Origin: Camelus ferus
Taxonomy: Eukaryota
Reading direction: 5' to 3'
Assembly (NCBI RefSeq): GCF_009834535.1
Contig: NC_045696.1
Span: 2,544,001 to 2,608,000 of the forward strand
Length of the DNA stretch: 64,000 nucleotides
A program made the translations under genes and the position numbers. The stretch's first letter is position 1; each line of letters begins with the position of its first letter. The notes beneath the pieces were generated by a model. The model worked only from the letters and a program-made list of their open reading frames with translations, searched no databases and was not told where the DNA came from. Shown here piece after piece: positions 1-12,115 of the stretch.

Positions 1-329
1 TGTGGGTGCCATCACCCCTAGACCAGGGGATCCACGGCTCAGATGGGCCTTGGTGAGGTTGGTTCTCTCAGTGCCTCACCCCCTGGGCCCCAAACCGACT
101 TGCGTTGCCCCCTCCCAGCTGTATCCCCTCCAGCCCCAGGAGCGGCCGTCACAGAGCTGCTCCCAGCCTGTGTCCACAAGGCAGGAGTGTGTGCCCTTCC
201 GTTGTGGCTGTGAGACTCATCTGGCCAGTGGAGGTGAGCTGGGTGACATAGGACATCGAGGGTGGCCTTTAGGGCCCTGCACCTTATCTCCAGGTCTCCC
301 TCCATCTCCTGCAATGGTAACCGCAGGTT

Positions 330-440
330 CCACGAGTGTCCACTGTGATAGGTGCTCCTGCAAGTGAGAAATAAATCAGGAGGCCTTCAGCCTCTGAGAC
401 CTTGGGGCTGCTTGTTACATCAGCATAACTTCTCCTGTTG
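330..440 (+). mobile_element. Degenerate MaLR (MLT1-type) LTR 3' end
   Basis: gagaaataaatc...cagcctctgagaccttggggctgcttgttacatcagcataact resembles the MLT1 LTR terminus (AATAAA, then aagccactgaga...ttgttacagcagcataac). Recalled consensus similarity only. Confidence 0.45.
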
Positions 441-1674
441 TGACTGACGAAGGCCTGGCCCTCCACCCGCAACCTGCTGTTCTGGAAGCGGAGGCGCATC
501 CTGGCCGCTCCTCCTTCCTCAGCCCCCGCCGGGCACAGACAGTCACGGGGATGAGGGACACAAGCCCCGGGCCCCTCTGCCCGGCCCCTGTCACCCGCCC
601 CACTGCTCCCTGGCAGGCCTCCCCACGTCTCAATGCTGTGAGCCACCAGCCTTCAGGAGGGTGAGGGCAGAGCGCTGGGTTCCCTCGCCTGTCTTCCCTC
701 CGTGCGCCCTCGGGAACCCCGCCTCGGCCCCTCCTTTCTGGCCCAGACCTCATCCCGTGAAGGCTGGCCACACAGCCCCGGCTCCAGGCTCTTTCTCAAG
801 GCTGTTGCTTCACTCAGTGCCTGCGCACATCTCCGCCCGCTCACGCTGCTGCGGGTGTGGACACTGCTCTCCAGGGGAAGCCTCCTACACTCTGTGCGGG
901 TGACTGTCAACCTCATTTGAGGGAGGCTGGGGAGGGGACAGGAGGGACACAGGGCTGGCTGCTCCTGTTAGGGCTGCTCCTGTCCACTGCCCCCGTGCCA
1001 CCTACTACGCGCCACCTGCAGACCTGGGCTGGACTTTCTCTAAGACCCGGGAGCAAAATCCACTGAAGGCCTGAAGAGACCAAGGCCTTTGTCCTCCGGG
1101 GGTGGTTCCCCCGGACCTGTCCCCCCATCAGGGAGCCCTCTCTTCTCTGCACGTGCTGTTTCTGGGCGATGCTCAGGGAGCCACAGGCCTCTGAATGCAG
1201 GCTCAGGCCTCCGAGAAGGCGGGGCCTCGCACAGGGGAAGCGTGGAACCCCAGCCCTCTTGAGTTGGCATAAACTTTGCCAAAGTGAAGTACTCCACTAT
1301 AACCAGCTATAGCACCACTCCTCCACTCTGGACCCCTCCCTGCCCCAAGGTACGTCCCCTTGGAGGAGGCCCCAGGCAGGTGAGGACTGAGTGCTGGGGC
1401 CACATCTAGCTAGGGTGCAGTGAGGTGTCTGCACTGATGATCTTTGGCTGCCTCTGGGTGCACCTAAGTCTTCACCATCCGGAGCACAGATGGCCTGCCG
1501 CCCCTTCCTCAGAGGCCGTGACACACAGGCTGCGAGGTCAGAGGTCAGGTCTGGACCCCAGCACGTCCAGCGGGTCGTGGTCCTGGGAGTGTGCGCACAG
1601 GACAGGAGAAACCGGTTCTGGGACCACAGCCAGAGCTCGCCTGTGGAATGTTCCTCCAAATCTGACAGCTGGTA

Positions 1675-1762
1675 TGAAAACAGAACAGAACACCTGGGCA
1701 GAGGTTTTCCGAAATCTGATTATGCTAAAAACACCCTTGACATCATCAGGAAAGAAACTTTT
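1675..1762 (+). mobile_element. hAT DNA transposon fossil (Zaphod/Tip100-like), left part; transposase C-terminal region
   Basis: Reads AEVFRNLIMLK..., then gaa aga aac ttt (ERNF) just before the L1 insertion. Similar to the hAT dimerisation-domain motif EVFPNL..ILK...ERxFS. Confidence 0.55.
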
Positions 1763-4144
1763 TTTTTTAACATTTTTTTTATTGATTTATAATCATTTTA
1801 CAAGTGTTGTGTCAAATTCCAGTGTAGGGCACAATTTTTCAGTTATAAGTGAACATGTGTATATTCATTGTCACATTTTTTTCTCTGTGAGCTACCATAA
1901 GATCTTGCATATATTTCCCTGTGCTATACAGTATAATCTTGTTTATCTATTCTACAATTTTGAAATCCCAGTCTCTCTCTTCCCACCCTCCACCCCCTTG
2001 GCAACCACAAGTTTGTATTCTATGTCTGTGAGTCTATTTCTATTTTGTATTTATGCTTTGTTCGTGGTTTTTTTTTTTTTAGATTCCACACATGAGCAAT
2101 CTCATATGGTGTTTTTCTTTCTCTTTCTGGCTTACTTCACTTAGAATGACATTCTCCAGGAGCACCTATGTTGCTGCAAATGGCGTTATCCTGTCGGTTT
2201 TTATGGCTGAGTAGTATTCCATTGTGTAAATATACCACCTCTTCTTTATCCAGTCATCTGTTGATGGACATTTAGGCTGTTTCCATGTCTTGGCTATTGT
2301 AAATAATGCTGCTATGAACATTGGGGTGCAGGTGTCATCCTGAAGTAGGGTTCCTTCTGGATACAAGCCCAGGAGTGGGATTCCTGGGTCATACGGTAAG
2401 TCTACTCCTAGTCTTTTGAGGAATCTCCATACTGTTTTCCACAGTGGCTGCACCAAACTGCATTCCCACCAGCAGTGTAGGAGGGTTCTCTTTTCTCCAC
2501 AGCCTCTCCAGCATTTGTCATTTGTGGATTTTTGAATCATGGCCATTCTGACTGGTGTGAGGTGATACCTCATTGTAGTTTTGATTTGCATTTCTCTGAT
2601 AATTAGTGATATTGAGCATTTTTTCATGTGCCTATTGATCATTTGCATGTCTTCCTTGGAGAATTGCTTGTTTAGGTCTTCTGCCCATTTTTGGATTGGG
2701 TTGTTTATTTTTTTCTTATTAAGTTGTATGAGCTGCTTATATATTCTGGAGATCAAGCCTTTGTCGGTTTCATTTGCAAAGATTTTCTCCCATTCTGTAG
2801 GTTGTCTTTTTGTTTTACTTATGGTATCCTTTGCTGTGCAGAAGCTTGTAAGTTTCATCAGGTCCCATTTGTTTATTCTTGCTTTTATTTCTTCTAGGAG
2901 AAAATTTTTGAGATGTATGTCAGATAATGTTTTGCCTATATTTTCCTCTAGAAGGTTTATTGTATCTTGTCTTATGTTTAAGTCTCTGATCCATTTTGAG
3001 TTGATTTTTGTGTATGGTGTAAGGGACTGTTCTAGCTTCACTGCTTTACATGCTGCTGTCCAGTTTTCCCAACACCATTTGCTGAAGAGACTGTCTTTAT
3101 TCCATGGTATATTCTTGCCTCCTTTGTCGAAGATGAGTTGACCGAAAGTTTGTGGGTTCATTTCTGGGCTCTCTGTTCTGTTCCATTGGTCTATATGTCT
3201 GTTTTGGTACCAATACCATGCTGTCTTGATGACTGTGGCTCTATACTATTGTCTGAAGTCTGGGAGGGTTATTCCTCCAGACTCTTTCTTTCTCTTCAGT
3301 AATGCTTTGGCAATTCTAGGGCTTTGATGGTTCCATATAAATTTTATTATGATTTGTTTTAGTTCTGTGAAATATGTCCTGGGTAAATTGATAGGGATTG
3401 CATTAAATCTGTAGATTGCCTTGGGCAGTGTGACCATTTTAACAATATTGATTCTTCCAATCCAATTTTTTAAAGTCTTCTTTAATTTCCTTCATCAGTG
3501 GTTTATAGTTTTCTGTGTATAATTCTTTCACCTCCTTGGTTAGATTTATTCCTATGTATTTTATTACTTTGGGTGCTATTTTAAAGGGAATTGTTTCTTT
3601 ACTTTCTTTTTCTGTTGATTCATCATTAGTGTAAAGAAATGCAACTGATTTTTGAACATTAATCATGTAACCTGCTACCTTGCTGAATTCTTCGATCAGC
3701 TCTAGTAGCTTTTGTGTGGACCTTTTAGGGTTTTCTATATATAGTAACATGTCATCGGCATATAGTGACACTTTTACCTCTTCTTTTCCAATTTGGATCC
3801 CTTTGATTTCTCTCTCTTGCCTGATTGCTGTGGCTAGGATTTCCAAGACAATGTTGAATAGGAGTGGTGATGGTGGGCAGCCTTGTCTTGTCCCAGATTT
3901 TAGTGGGAAGCTTTTGAGTTTTTCACCGTTGAGTACTATGCTGGCTGTAGGTTTGTCATATATAGCTTTCATTATGTTGAGATATGTTCCCTCTATACCC
4001 ACTTTGGTGAGAGTTTTTATCATAAATGGGTGTTGAATTTTATCAAATGCTTTTTCTGCATCTATTGAGGATGATCATATGGTTTTTGTCCTTTCTCTTG
4101 TTGATGTGATGTATTACATTGATGGATTTGCGTATGTTGAACCA
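1763..4144 (-). mobile_element. Young 5'-truncated LINE-1 (about 2.4 kb; ORF2 RT to C-terminus plus 3'UTR), camelid-like
   Basis: Poly-T tail at about 1760. ORF2 pieces at 3439-4023 ([25 protein letters not shown] motifs), 3246-3437 and 2166-3161 ([18 protein letters not shown]ys motif). 15-bp TSD aggaaagaaactttt at 1748-1762 and 4145-4159. Confidence 0.97.
2166..4023 (-). pseudogene. Disrupted L1 ORF2 (reverse transcriptase C-half plus Cys-rich domain)
   Basis: Three ORF-track segments with clear L1 ORF2 motifs, separated by stops/frameshifts near 3460, 3245 and 3165. No endonuclease domain or ORF1. Confidence 0.93.
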
Positions 4145-4440
4145 AGGAAAGAAACTTTTCTATCAATAATTAGAAACACGTTTTGATCAACCACTTGATA
4201 GGAAAGCCCGAGTTACCCTTTTATCCCCTTTATAGGAAATACTGTAACATCGTTGTTATGTGAAGAGGCAAGTGCAGTATCCAGCTGAAAATGCAGAAGA
4301 AAGGGAATCACCCAGATCTGTCGGTTAATTAATGCAAATTTCCGTCTTATTTTTGGATTTTGTCCTGTGTGTGGAATTTAAAATGTGGCCTTTGCTGCGA
4401 TTTCTTTTCTCATTCTGTCATTTTTGCGCCTACATCTTGC
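4145..4440 (+). mobile_element. hAT DNA transposon fossil (Zaphod/Tip100-like), right part
   Basis: Reads (with stops) LSIIRNTF*STT**ESPSYPFIPFIGN, continuing the hAT dimerisation motif (LSIIKNKFRSTMLEERLNYLSILSIEN-like) after the L1 TSD. Confidence 0.6.
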
Positions 4441-4449
4441 AGACATAAT

Positions 4450-4561
4450 TTTGTTTTTGTTTTTGTTTAACATTTTTCTCTTACAGAGACACTGAGGATT
4501 GAACCCAGGACCTCGTGCACGCCAGGCACACGCTCCACCCCGAGCTATACCCCCCACCCCC
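4450..4561 (-). mobile_element. tRNA-derived SINE (camelid Vic-1-like)
   Basis: Minus strand reads ggggtggggggtatagctcggggtggagcgtgtgcctggcgtgcacgaggtcctgggttcaatcctcagtgtctc, with Pol III A box (tagctcggggtgg), B box (ggttcaatcc) and an A-rich (aaaaac)n tail. Confidence 0.85.
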
Positions 4562-4964
4562 TGTATTCTTTGTCTTACTACTTCCAGGCCCTGGGTGGTA
4601 GAGCAGAGTCAGGGAAGCTTCTGGAAGGATGGAAGGTGGACCGAGAGAAGAGGGTTCTGGGGAGTCTCCAGGAAGCTGAGCCAGGCGGAGGGGTGGGGGG
4701 CTTGTCCTAGACTTCGGGGCAGCCCCTCCCGTGCTCTCCTGGGCATCCCTGGAGGTCACAGGGGAGGGAGGGACACCCACCCGCTGTGAGACTCTTTGTG
4801 CTTCTCTGTCATCTCAAGCAGGATGAGAACACGTCACGCAACCACGAGGCGGGTGTTGGCAGAGATTTAAACATTAAATATATGGTATTTTATTAATGAA
4901 CACAAATTTGAATGTTGGGGAAAGATGCATTTTGAAAGATTTTCAGACTTGTATTTTTTTTAAA

Positions 4965-5300
4965 TAGTACTTAATTTTTTAGAGCACTCTGTTTTAGGTT
5001 CCTAGCAAAACTGAGCAGGAAGCACAGAGGTTTCGCATTTCCCTTGCCCCTGCGCAACATCCCCATCCCATTTGTACACGTGATGGACCTACGCTGACAC
5101 GTCATCATCACCCAGAGTCCTTTGCTGATGGCAGGGGTCACTTCTGGCCTTGGGCACTCGGTGGGCTTGGACAAGTGAGTGACGACTGTGTCCGCCACTG
5201 CAGGATGGTGCAGAGCAGCGCGACTGCCCTGAAAATCCCCAGGCAGCCCCGACTCATCCCTCCTGCCCGAGCCCCTGTCAGTCACTGGGTTTTCACTCTC
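4965..5300 (-). mobile_element. Old L1M (L1MB/L1MC-type) 3' end fragment
   Basis: tttttagagca...ttttaggttcctagcaaaactgagcaggaagcacagagg...tgatggacctacgctgacacgtcatcatcacccagagtcc resembles the ancestral eutherian L1M 3'UTR. Confidence 0.75.
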
Positions 5301-8300
5301 TCCATGGTTGAGACTTTATAAATGAAGCTGCTGACTTGAAAGTCAATGAAGGAAGCCAAGAACAGGGAAAACAAAACCAAAAATCTGTGGCATGCCTCCT
5401 GGGGTGGTGGGCGGGATCTCTGCGTGCTGGGCAGCCCTGGAGCACTCTAACTGAGACCTGAGGCTGGGCTCTGGTGTCTGTTGGAGGCAGGCAGCATTCC
5501 ACTCACAGGAAATGTGAGCAGTCTTCCCTGCACAAGGGCAGTGCCCAATTCCAGAGCCCCGGAGCTAGGTTCTGGCTGCATGCCGCGAGCCAGGGGCCTC
5601 TTACACAGCAGGGTCCAGAGCAGCCTCGGCCTCCCCAGTTCTTCATCAGTGGCTTCTAGGCCGGTTGCCATGGAGATCCACTGGCACAGTAGTCTGTCCA
5701 CCCCCAACCAGGTCAGACCAGGGGCTACCCTGACCCTCGGTGTCTTCCTCAGACACCATCTGCTCTGTCTCCTCTCACATGCCTCCCCCTCCCCCTTGGC
5801 TGTTACTTGGCCTTCAGTTCTGGGGCTGGGCTCATGGAGGGGCTGGCGCCAGGCCTGGGGAGTCCTCCATCATCATGAATTATTCATGGGGCAGAGAGGA
5901 CTCTGCCAGGCTCCCTCCAGCCCCCAAGTGATCTTCCAGGGGGTTTCCTCAGCCGGCCTGGCTCCGGAGCCTGATGCCATTCAGCCATTTGTTGGTTGTG
6001 CCAAGGCAGTGAGTGGGAGGCCTGGGACCCAGGGCACGTGCTTCTTCTGGCCAGCAGCTGGGAGCAGGGCCTCGGGTGCCGGTAGGGTCTCCAAAGGCAG
6101 GACCCTGAACTGCGTCCAGCTAGCGGGGTCGCACTCCCAGCAATACTGTCATCACGTGGTCAGCCCCACCTTCCTGGCCTGACCAGAGGGCCTTTCTGAC
6201 CACGGAGGCAGGAGGCAGGGGCGAGTGCGGGCTGTGTGTGCAGGGCCCCGCGCTGACGGTGTTCGCACAATTCCAAATGGCTGTGAAAATGCAGGACAAA
6301 GAGGAGTAAGTGACCGAGACCACAGGTAGTCCTCACACTGTAGATAAGCAGTGAATAAAGCCTGTGCCCTGGAGGGAACCAGGAGAGGCTGGGCTCCAGG
6401 CTGCCACCCCTCCCGCGTCCTGCTCTTCCCTCCGAGGGCTGTCCTCCTTGGGGCTTCTGCCCCTGGAGCCCGGGCCTCTCTCCCAGCACTTCTGGAGAAG
6501 TCCATGGCTGGTCCTGCAGCTGCGTGTGACCAGGGCCGGATCACCTGGCTTGGAGCCCTGAGGTGGGGGTGGGGGGACCACCTGGTTCGTCTTCTTTGAT
6601 GGGGGCTTGGGGGAAACTGGGGCGAGGGATGGAAGCTGCAGGGCTGACCCGGGCTATCCTCCAGGACCACCCTGGTCCAGGGACGGCGAGCACCCGACCC
6701 AGCGAAGGATGCGGTGAGGAGCCAGCTGTGCAGGCGCGCGCCTGAGCCTCTCGCTCTGCGACCGTGCCCATCTCCTGTGGCTTCTACTCAGGGGCTCTGC
6801 TGCTCACAGGCCTGGAAGTCCAGTCCCCTGGTGGGGAGGGAGCAAGACCCGGCCCCTCCCCATCTCATTGTGCAGGCCCCTCTCTGCTGCACAGGAGACA
6901 GGAGCGGGGGGACAAGAACCGTGGGGAAGGCGGCTCTCTGAGGACCTGCATGGCACTGGGCCTCTGCCTTCCCTGGGCCCAGGAGCTGGGCTGGAGGACG
7001 AGGCCCAGGGAGGGGTCCCCCCAGCCACTCCTCCAAGGAGTGTCCCCCCCCTCGAGGTGCGGTGACCTGACCCCGACACCAAGCCTTCTGAGCATGCGAG
7101 CCCCTCTGCTGAGCTGCACAGCGTGCCCTCGGGGCGGCCGCTTTCCAGCAGTTCCCTTTCCCAGCAGGTCCCGGGGACGGCCCGTGGGACTGGAAAGGCT
7201 GACCTGGCCTGAGTCAGCCCCTGCCTGTCTCTCCCCCAGATGTGGGAGGAAGCGGGTCATCCATTCCTGAGCACGGTGCCTTCACTGGCTCACATGTAAC
7301 TGGTGCCCACCCCTGCTCCTGCCCCTGGGACGCAGGACAGGCCACCAGCCTGCCCTTGGAAGGGCTTTCTGAGGCATAGCCACTGGGGGGTCCCAGACCC
7401 CTCGGAGGACCCAGGAGCAGAGGGCGTTTGCCTGGGCCTGACGTACAGCAGGGAGCTGCCGAGCGCAGGCCCCCCTGCCCCCGCCGGCCGTGAGGGGCAC
7501 ACTTCTGCACCACTGCTGCCTGATGGAGGAGCTTCAACCAGCGTGGAATGAGGGTGGGCGGGCGGGGAAGTGGGTTTGGGTCGGTCACTTCAAGGCCATG
7601 GGCATTCTTGGTCCTGCAGCACCGGAAGCAAAACTGCTCTGGGGGGAGGCCCTTGTGCCTCTCACTTGCTGAGCTGATGGCCTCAGAAACCAGATCACAA
7701 GACTGTGGCCAGAGGACAGAGGAAAGGCCCCCACCCCTGTCCTGGGGACTGGGGACCAAGAGCCCTGGAACCCAGGAGGTGATTCTAGAAAACAGTGCAG
7801 ACAGACCCTAAGGGAGGTCAAAGAAGCCCTCTGCGCTCAGGGTGGCCTCGGAGACCGCGTGGCCCGGGGAGGGTCCAGCTGCTGCCTGCTGTCCGGCGTC
7901 TCTGTTCCTGGGTCCTCCCCACCCTCAGGGTCCCCGCTGGACAATAACCACGGGGCCACCCGGTCACATTCCATCCAGAACACGATCCCAAGGGAATGAC
8001 TCCTCTTAAGAGACCCAGAATGCAAAACCCGTCTTCCTATCAAGGACATTAGGAAGAGATTATTCACTTTCCAAAGGACAGTGAATAATCTCTTTTTTTT
8101 TCCCAGAAAAGAACACTCTTAATTTTCCAGCAGCACCAACAGCCACTTCCCCGAGAGAATTCACTGTGTGATTCATTTTTTCAAGCCGAGACAACGTCTC
8201 GGGAACACATCCAGCTCAGTGGGTGAAGAAGCTTTTGGCGCTCCGGAAGCCCCCGCGACCGTGGGGGCTGACCCGCCGGAGGGTCGTGGGCCCGCTCCTC

Positions 8301-9629
8301 TGCTGGGCGTTTCCTGCCCTGGAAGCCGGGGGTGGGGTGGCCTCGCCCCCGCAGACGCGAGGCGTGTGACACGGTGGAGCCTCGCTGAGCAGCTGATGCG
8401 GGGGGTGGGGGGGAGGGCGGGATGACGCCACGTGTGACGGCAGAGGGGGCCATGCCGTGAAATGTGACACAGGAGAGGGAAGGGGAGGGGCCCTGAGAAA
8501 GTATGCAAGGAGAGAAGGCCCCCGGACTGCGTTCCCTGGGAGAGGCAGCGGACCCCTCCGAGCTGTGATTCCGGCCCCACGCTGCGTCTAAATCAAGCAG
8601 CAGCGGCACCACGGGGCGGGTGGCATCCCGCTCAGAGCCCTCTGTGCCCCTCACCCACTGCGCGACCCCAGGGAGCAGGCCAGTCCCCAAAGGAACACAA
8701 AGGGGCTGTGGACAGGCTGGGGTCGGGGGTGGGAGTGGGATCAAAGACTCCTCTGCTCCGCAGCAAGAGGGCAGAGGGGCGGGAGGTGGGGGGGGGCCAA
8801 GGCCCAGCACCCTGCCCGGGCTGAGCTGTCTGGCTGGGCTGGGCTTAAAGCCCTTCATGGGAAGTCAGACAAAACCTCGCCACCTTCTGGAGCTGGGATC
8901 CTTTCTGGCCTCCCCTCCCCCACCTCCCCCTATTCTTGGCTGAAACTTATTTCTATGTATATTGTCACCCGAGTGCATAAGGGACCAATCCCAGACCATT
9001 ATGAACAAAGGCTGCAGCTCACCAGACTGCTGGGCGAGGCTCTGAGCTCGAAGTGTCCACTCTGGGACCCCACCCACCAGGGCCAGCTCTCCCAAATGTG
9101 GACATTGGAACTCAGGCGGGCCAGGCCCTCCACTGCCCATCTCAACGGACAGGGCCGCAGCCCAAACCCTGTGACCGAAAACATCCCACGAGTTTTGGGA
9201 ACTGAAAAATAATGAACAACCTGAGTGGCCAGGCTGACCTGGGCGGGCTGTGCACGTGCGTGCTGTTTGCTGGCACACAAGTGGTCCTCTGAAAGAGGCC
9301 ACTTTCTGAAGACAAACTCTAGCCTTTTATCTCTGTAGGACGGAGGCGGTCGGGCTGCCCAGAGAGCAGGTCCAGGTGTCCCATCATGATGGCTAAGGTA
9401 CTGCTTCTGCTTTTGTTCTGATTTAAAAGGAAATGGTAGCTCTTTGTCCTGCTGTCCTGAGCATGTGAAGCCAATAGCGGAAAGTGTTCGCTTATAAAGT
9501 GCTCGTGCCTGGAGGTGTTCCCAGCTTTCCTTCCACTCTGCCTGGTGTTTACGCAGAGGACTTGGGTGAGATCTGAGATCTGTGGTGACAGTCCCTGGGG
9601 GAGTGGAACCCATCGGGGGAGGGAATGGA

Positions 9630-9800
9630 TTTGAAGCCATGTCAGGCAAGTCGTTGGTGCATCTCGGGCTCTGCTCCCGTGTCTATAAGATGGGGAGGAC
9701 AGTGTGACTGTTACACCTGCCTCGGAAATGTCAGAGGAGATCGTGGTTGTTCAAGGGGCTTGTACACTGTAGTGCACTGGGCCGACATCGGAGGGTAATC
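9630..9800 (+). mobile_element. MIR SINE remnant
   Basis: ggcaagtcgttg...ctctgctcccgtgtctataagatggggaggacagtg resembles the MIR core (ggcaagtcacttaacctctctg...catctgtaaaatggggataata). Confidence 0.45.
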
Positions 9801-11748
9801 ATTGCTGTGAGATGCAAATAACTTCCAGAAGTGCAGGCAACTTTCCTTGTTGGTCTTGGCCCAACCATGACCCCTATCAGTGCGGGGTAGGGAAAGGCCA
9901 GGTAGAGGCCACCAGCATCACTGCCACCACTGACACCTGGGCCACTGCACCGCCCTGCTGCACCTGCTGCCCCGGTGGTGAGAGCAGTGAGGAGGGGGAG
10001 GGGTAGGCCTGGGGGCCGGGGCAGTCACGTGCAGTGCTCCTCCACGGGAGGTCGGCGGGGGGTGAGGACAGCTGGCAGTCGCTGAGGGCTCCCCACTTGG
10101 GCCTGGCAGAGTCTGATTTAATCGTCTCGGCTACTGTGCAGGCAGCACCCACGCTCCCATTTCCTGGACGAGAAGACTGAGGCGGAGACACCTAAATAAG
10201 CTGGCGCCACGTTGAGCACCACCATGAGATGGGACCCAGAGGGGGCCCTGTCCCTTTGCACCGGCCTCGCGGTCTCTGGGCTTGCAGATACTTCCTGTGT
10301 CATCACCCCGAGGCCCCCGGAACTGTTGTTTGGTTTGTAGGAGCTGAGGGTGTGCTCACTCAGGCACCACGGTGGGCGTGTGAGCAGGGAAACTGGGCTG
10401 CTGCCTGCGCTCTCCTGTGCGTCTTTTCTTTCCCCTGTACCTTTAAGTGGGAATCATCACGCAGAGCCCACTTCATATTGTTGGGAGAAAAGTGCAGGAA
10501 AATAATCTCACAGAGTCAGCCCCTCCTCCCCAAGCCTGCAGTGATGGTTTGCAGGGTCCCTGGTCATCGTCTCTGCTGGGACTGGGTGGGCGAGTGGATC
10601 CCTGCCAGCAGCCGGTGGTGGGCAGGGCTTGCAGGATGGGGCACAGCTGGGGATGCAACTCAATTTGCAGGGAGCTGGGAGGTCAGACGTGCAGACAGCT
10701 CCCAGGGAGGGCAGCGGACCTGTGCTGCGTGCCCAGGAGGGGGTGTCCTGGATCCTCCCGGAGGGTGGTTCTAGATGGCCCACTCTGGGTTCCCTAGGAC
10801 CGCAGCCCTCCTGGCACTGTTTCGCTTTCTTGGCGAGGTTTTCCGCGCACCCCAGGCTCTCGTCTCTGGGCACTGCCCACCACCTCCCCACTGCCCTGCC
10901 TGCAGGACCCACAACCCATTTCCTACATTAAAATGTGCTGAAATGCAAACACTAGCTTCAGTCTCCTGCAGCAGAATCCACAGCTTGAAAGACAGCAAGT
11001 TTTGAGTGTCAGCGCCTTCCAAAGCGTTGCTGTGTGTGTCTGTGTGTGTGTGTTCACACAATTAACAACCCGGCACTTCTGTCTCGAGTGGGTGTGGGCG
11101 GCCCCTCGGCCAGCGCTGTGGCCAAGCTCCAGCTCTCACCGCGCCCTGCGTTAGCGGGCCTCCTTCACATCAATACGTCTTATTCGCGATTCATGGACTG
11201 AAGTCTATTTTACGTCGTCAGGAAAAGACTCTTAAGCTTTTGCAAACACGGGTGAGCAGAGGTTTACGTCCCCTGCTGAGACAGACAGGAACTGCGGGGG
11301 AAGCAGGAGTCCGCAGGCTGTCCCGGCGCCATTCAGAGGACACGAGGCAGCAGGGACCCCGCCGCCAGTCAGGGTTCGGCCTCGGCTCCCCACATCGTCC
11401 TCGTGTCTGTGGCCACGTGGCTTCCACGCGCCGGCCTGCTCCTCTGTGGCTCTAACGTCCCGACGCCGATGGCGCCCTGCTGAGGGCAGGGATCGTCGTC
11501 TCCACGAGGGCCCAGCTGAGCTGCCCTGGGGGGGCCGTGGGTGCTGCAGGTGCCTCGCCTCATCTCCTTTGCCAGGTGGCGGCCCCTCTCCAACTGGGTG
11601 CTGTAGGGGCTCACAGCTGCTGTGAATCTGGAAGGGGGTCCCCCCTGGGGTGCAGCTCACATCCAGAGCCCCCGCTGGAGCAGGCTGAAGCTGCCTCCCC
11701 CGACGTCCTGGCTTGGATGTCTCCCCGGTCCCATCTCCAGCCTCCCCC

Positions 11749-12115
11749 GTGTAGTAGCTGGCTGGGGCTGCCACAACAGAACGGCGCTGAAGGGGCAGCT
11801 TGAACAAGACACACGTCTCACAGTCTAGAGGTGGGGCGCCCGAGACCCCGGTGTGGGCCGGGGGGGCGCGCTGAGGCCTCTCCCTGGCTTGCAGGCAGCT
11901 GCCTGCTGCCGTGTGCTCAAGGGGTCTTTTCTCTGCGCTCCCGTGACTCTTCCTGCGGGGAACACCAATCAGATTGGATTAGGACCCACCCTAATGGTTT
12001 CATTTTAACTGAGTCATCTCTGCAAGACCCTGTCTCCAGATAGGGTCACATTCTGAGGGACTGGGACTTGGGACTTCAACATATGAATTTGGGGGAATAT
12101 AATTCACCCCATAAT
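11749..12115 (-). mobile_element. MaLR LTR (MLT1A/B-type)
   Basis: ggggctgccacaacagaa...ggattaggacccaccctaatg...ggtcacattctgagggactggg...cttcaacatatgaatttggggg...aattcaccccataa is typical of reverse-strand MLT1. Confidence 0.85.

Noticed and set aside
1425..2144. 239-aa ORF with a hydrophobic C-terminus
   Set aside because: It is a chimeric read-through from unique DNA across the hAT remnant into the antisense T-rich L1 3'UTR.
3439..4023. Reverse transcriptase ORF as a novel retron/DGR-like or active element
   Set aside because: It is ordinary L1 ORF2, 5'-truncated and frameshifted, within a TSD-bounded insertion.
4480..4561. tRNA gene
   Set aside because: It has A and B boxes but also an A-rich tail and no clean cloverleaf, so it is a tRNA-derived SINE.
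8425..8460. CTCF-like site (cggcagagggggcc) and a small hairpin
   Set aside because: Only a partial match to the CTCF core and a 6-bp stem; not distinguishable from background in GC-rich DNA.
9465..9505. CCAAT plus TATA-like (cttataaag) promoter
   Set aside because: The spacing is only about 20 bp, there is no CpG island or downstream exon evidence, and short motifs are expected by chance.
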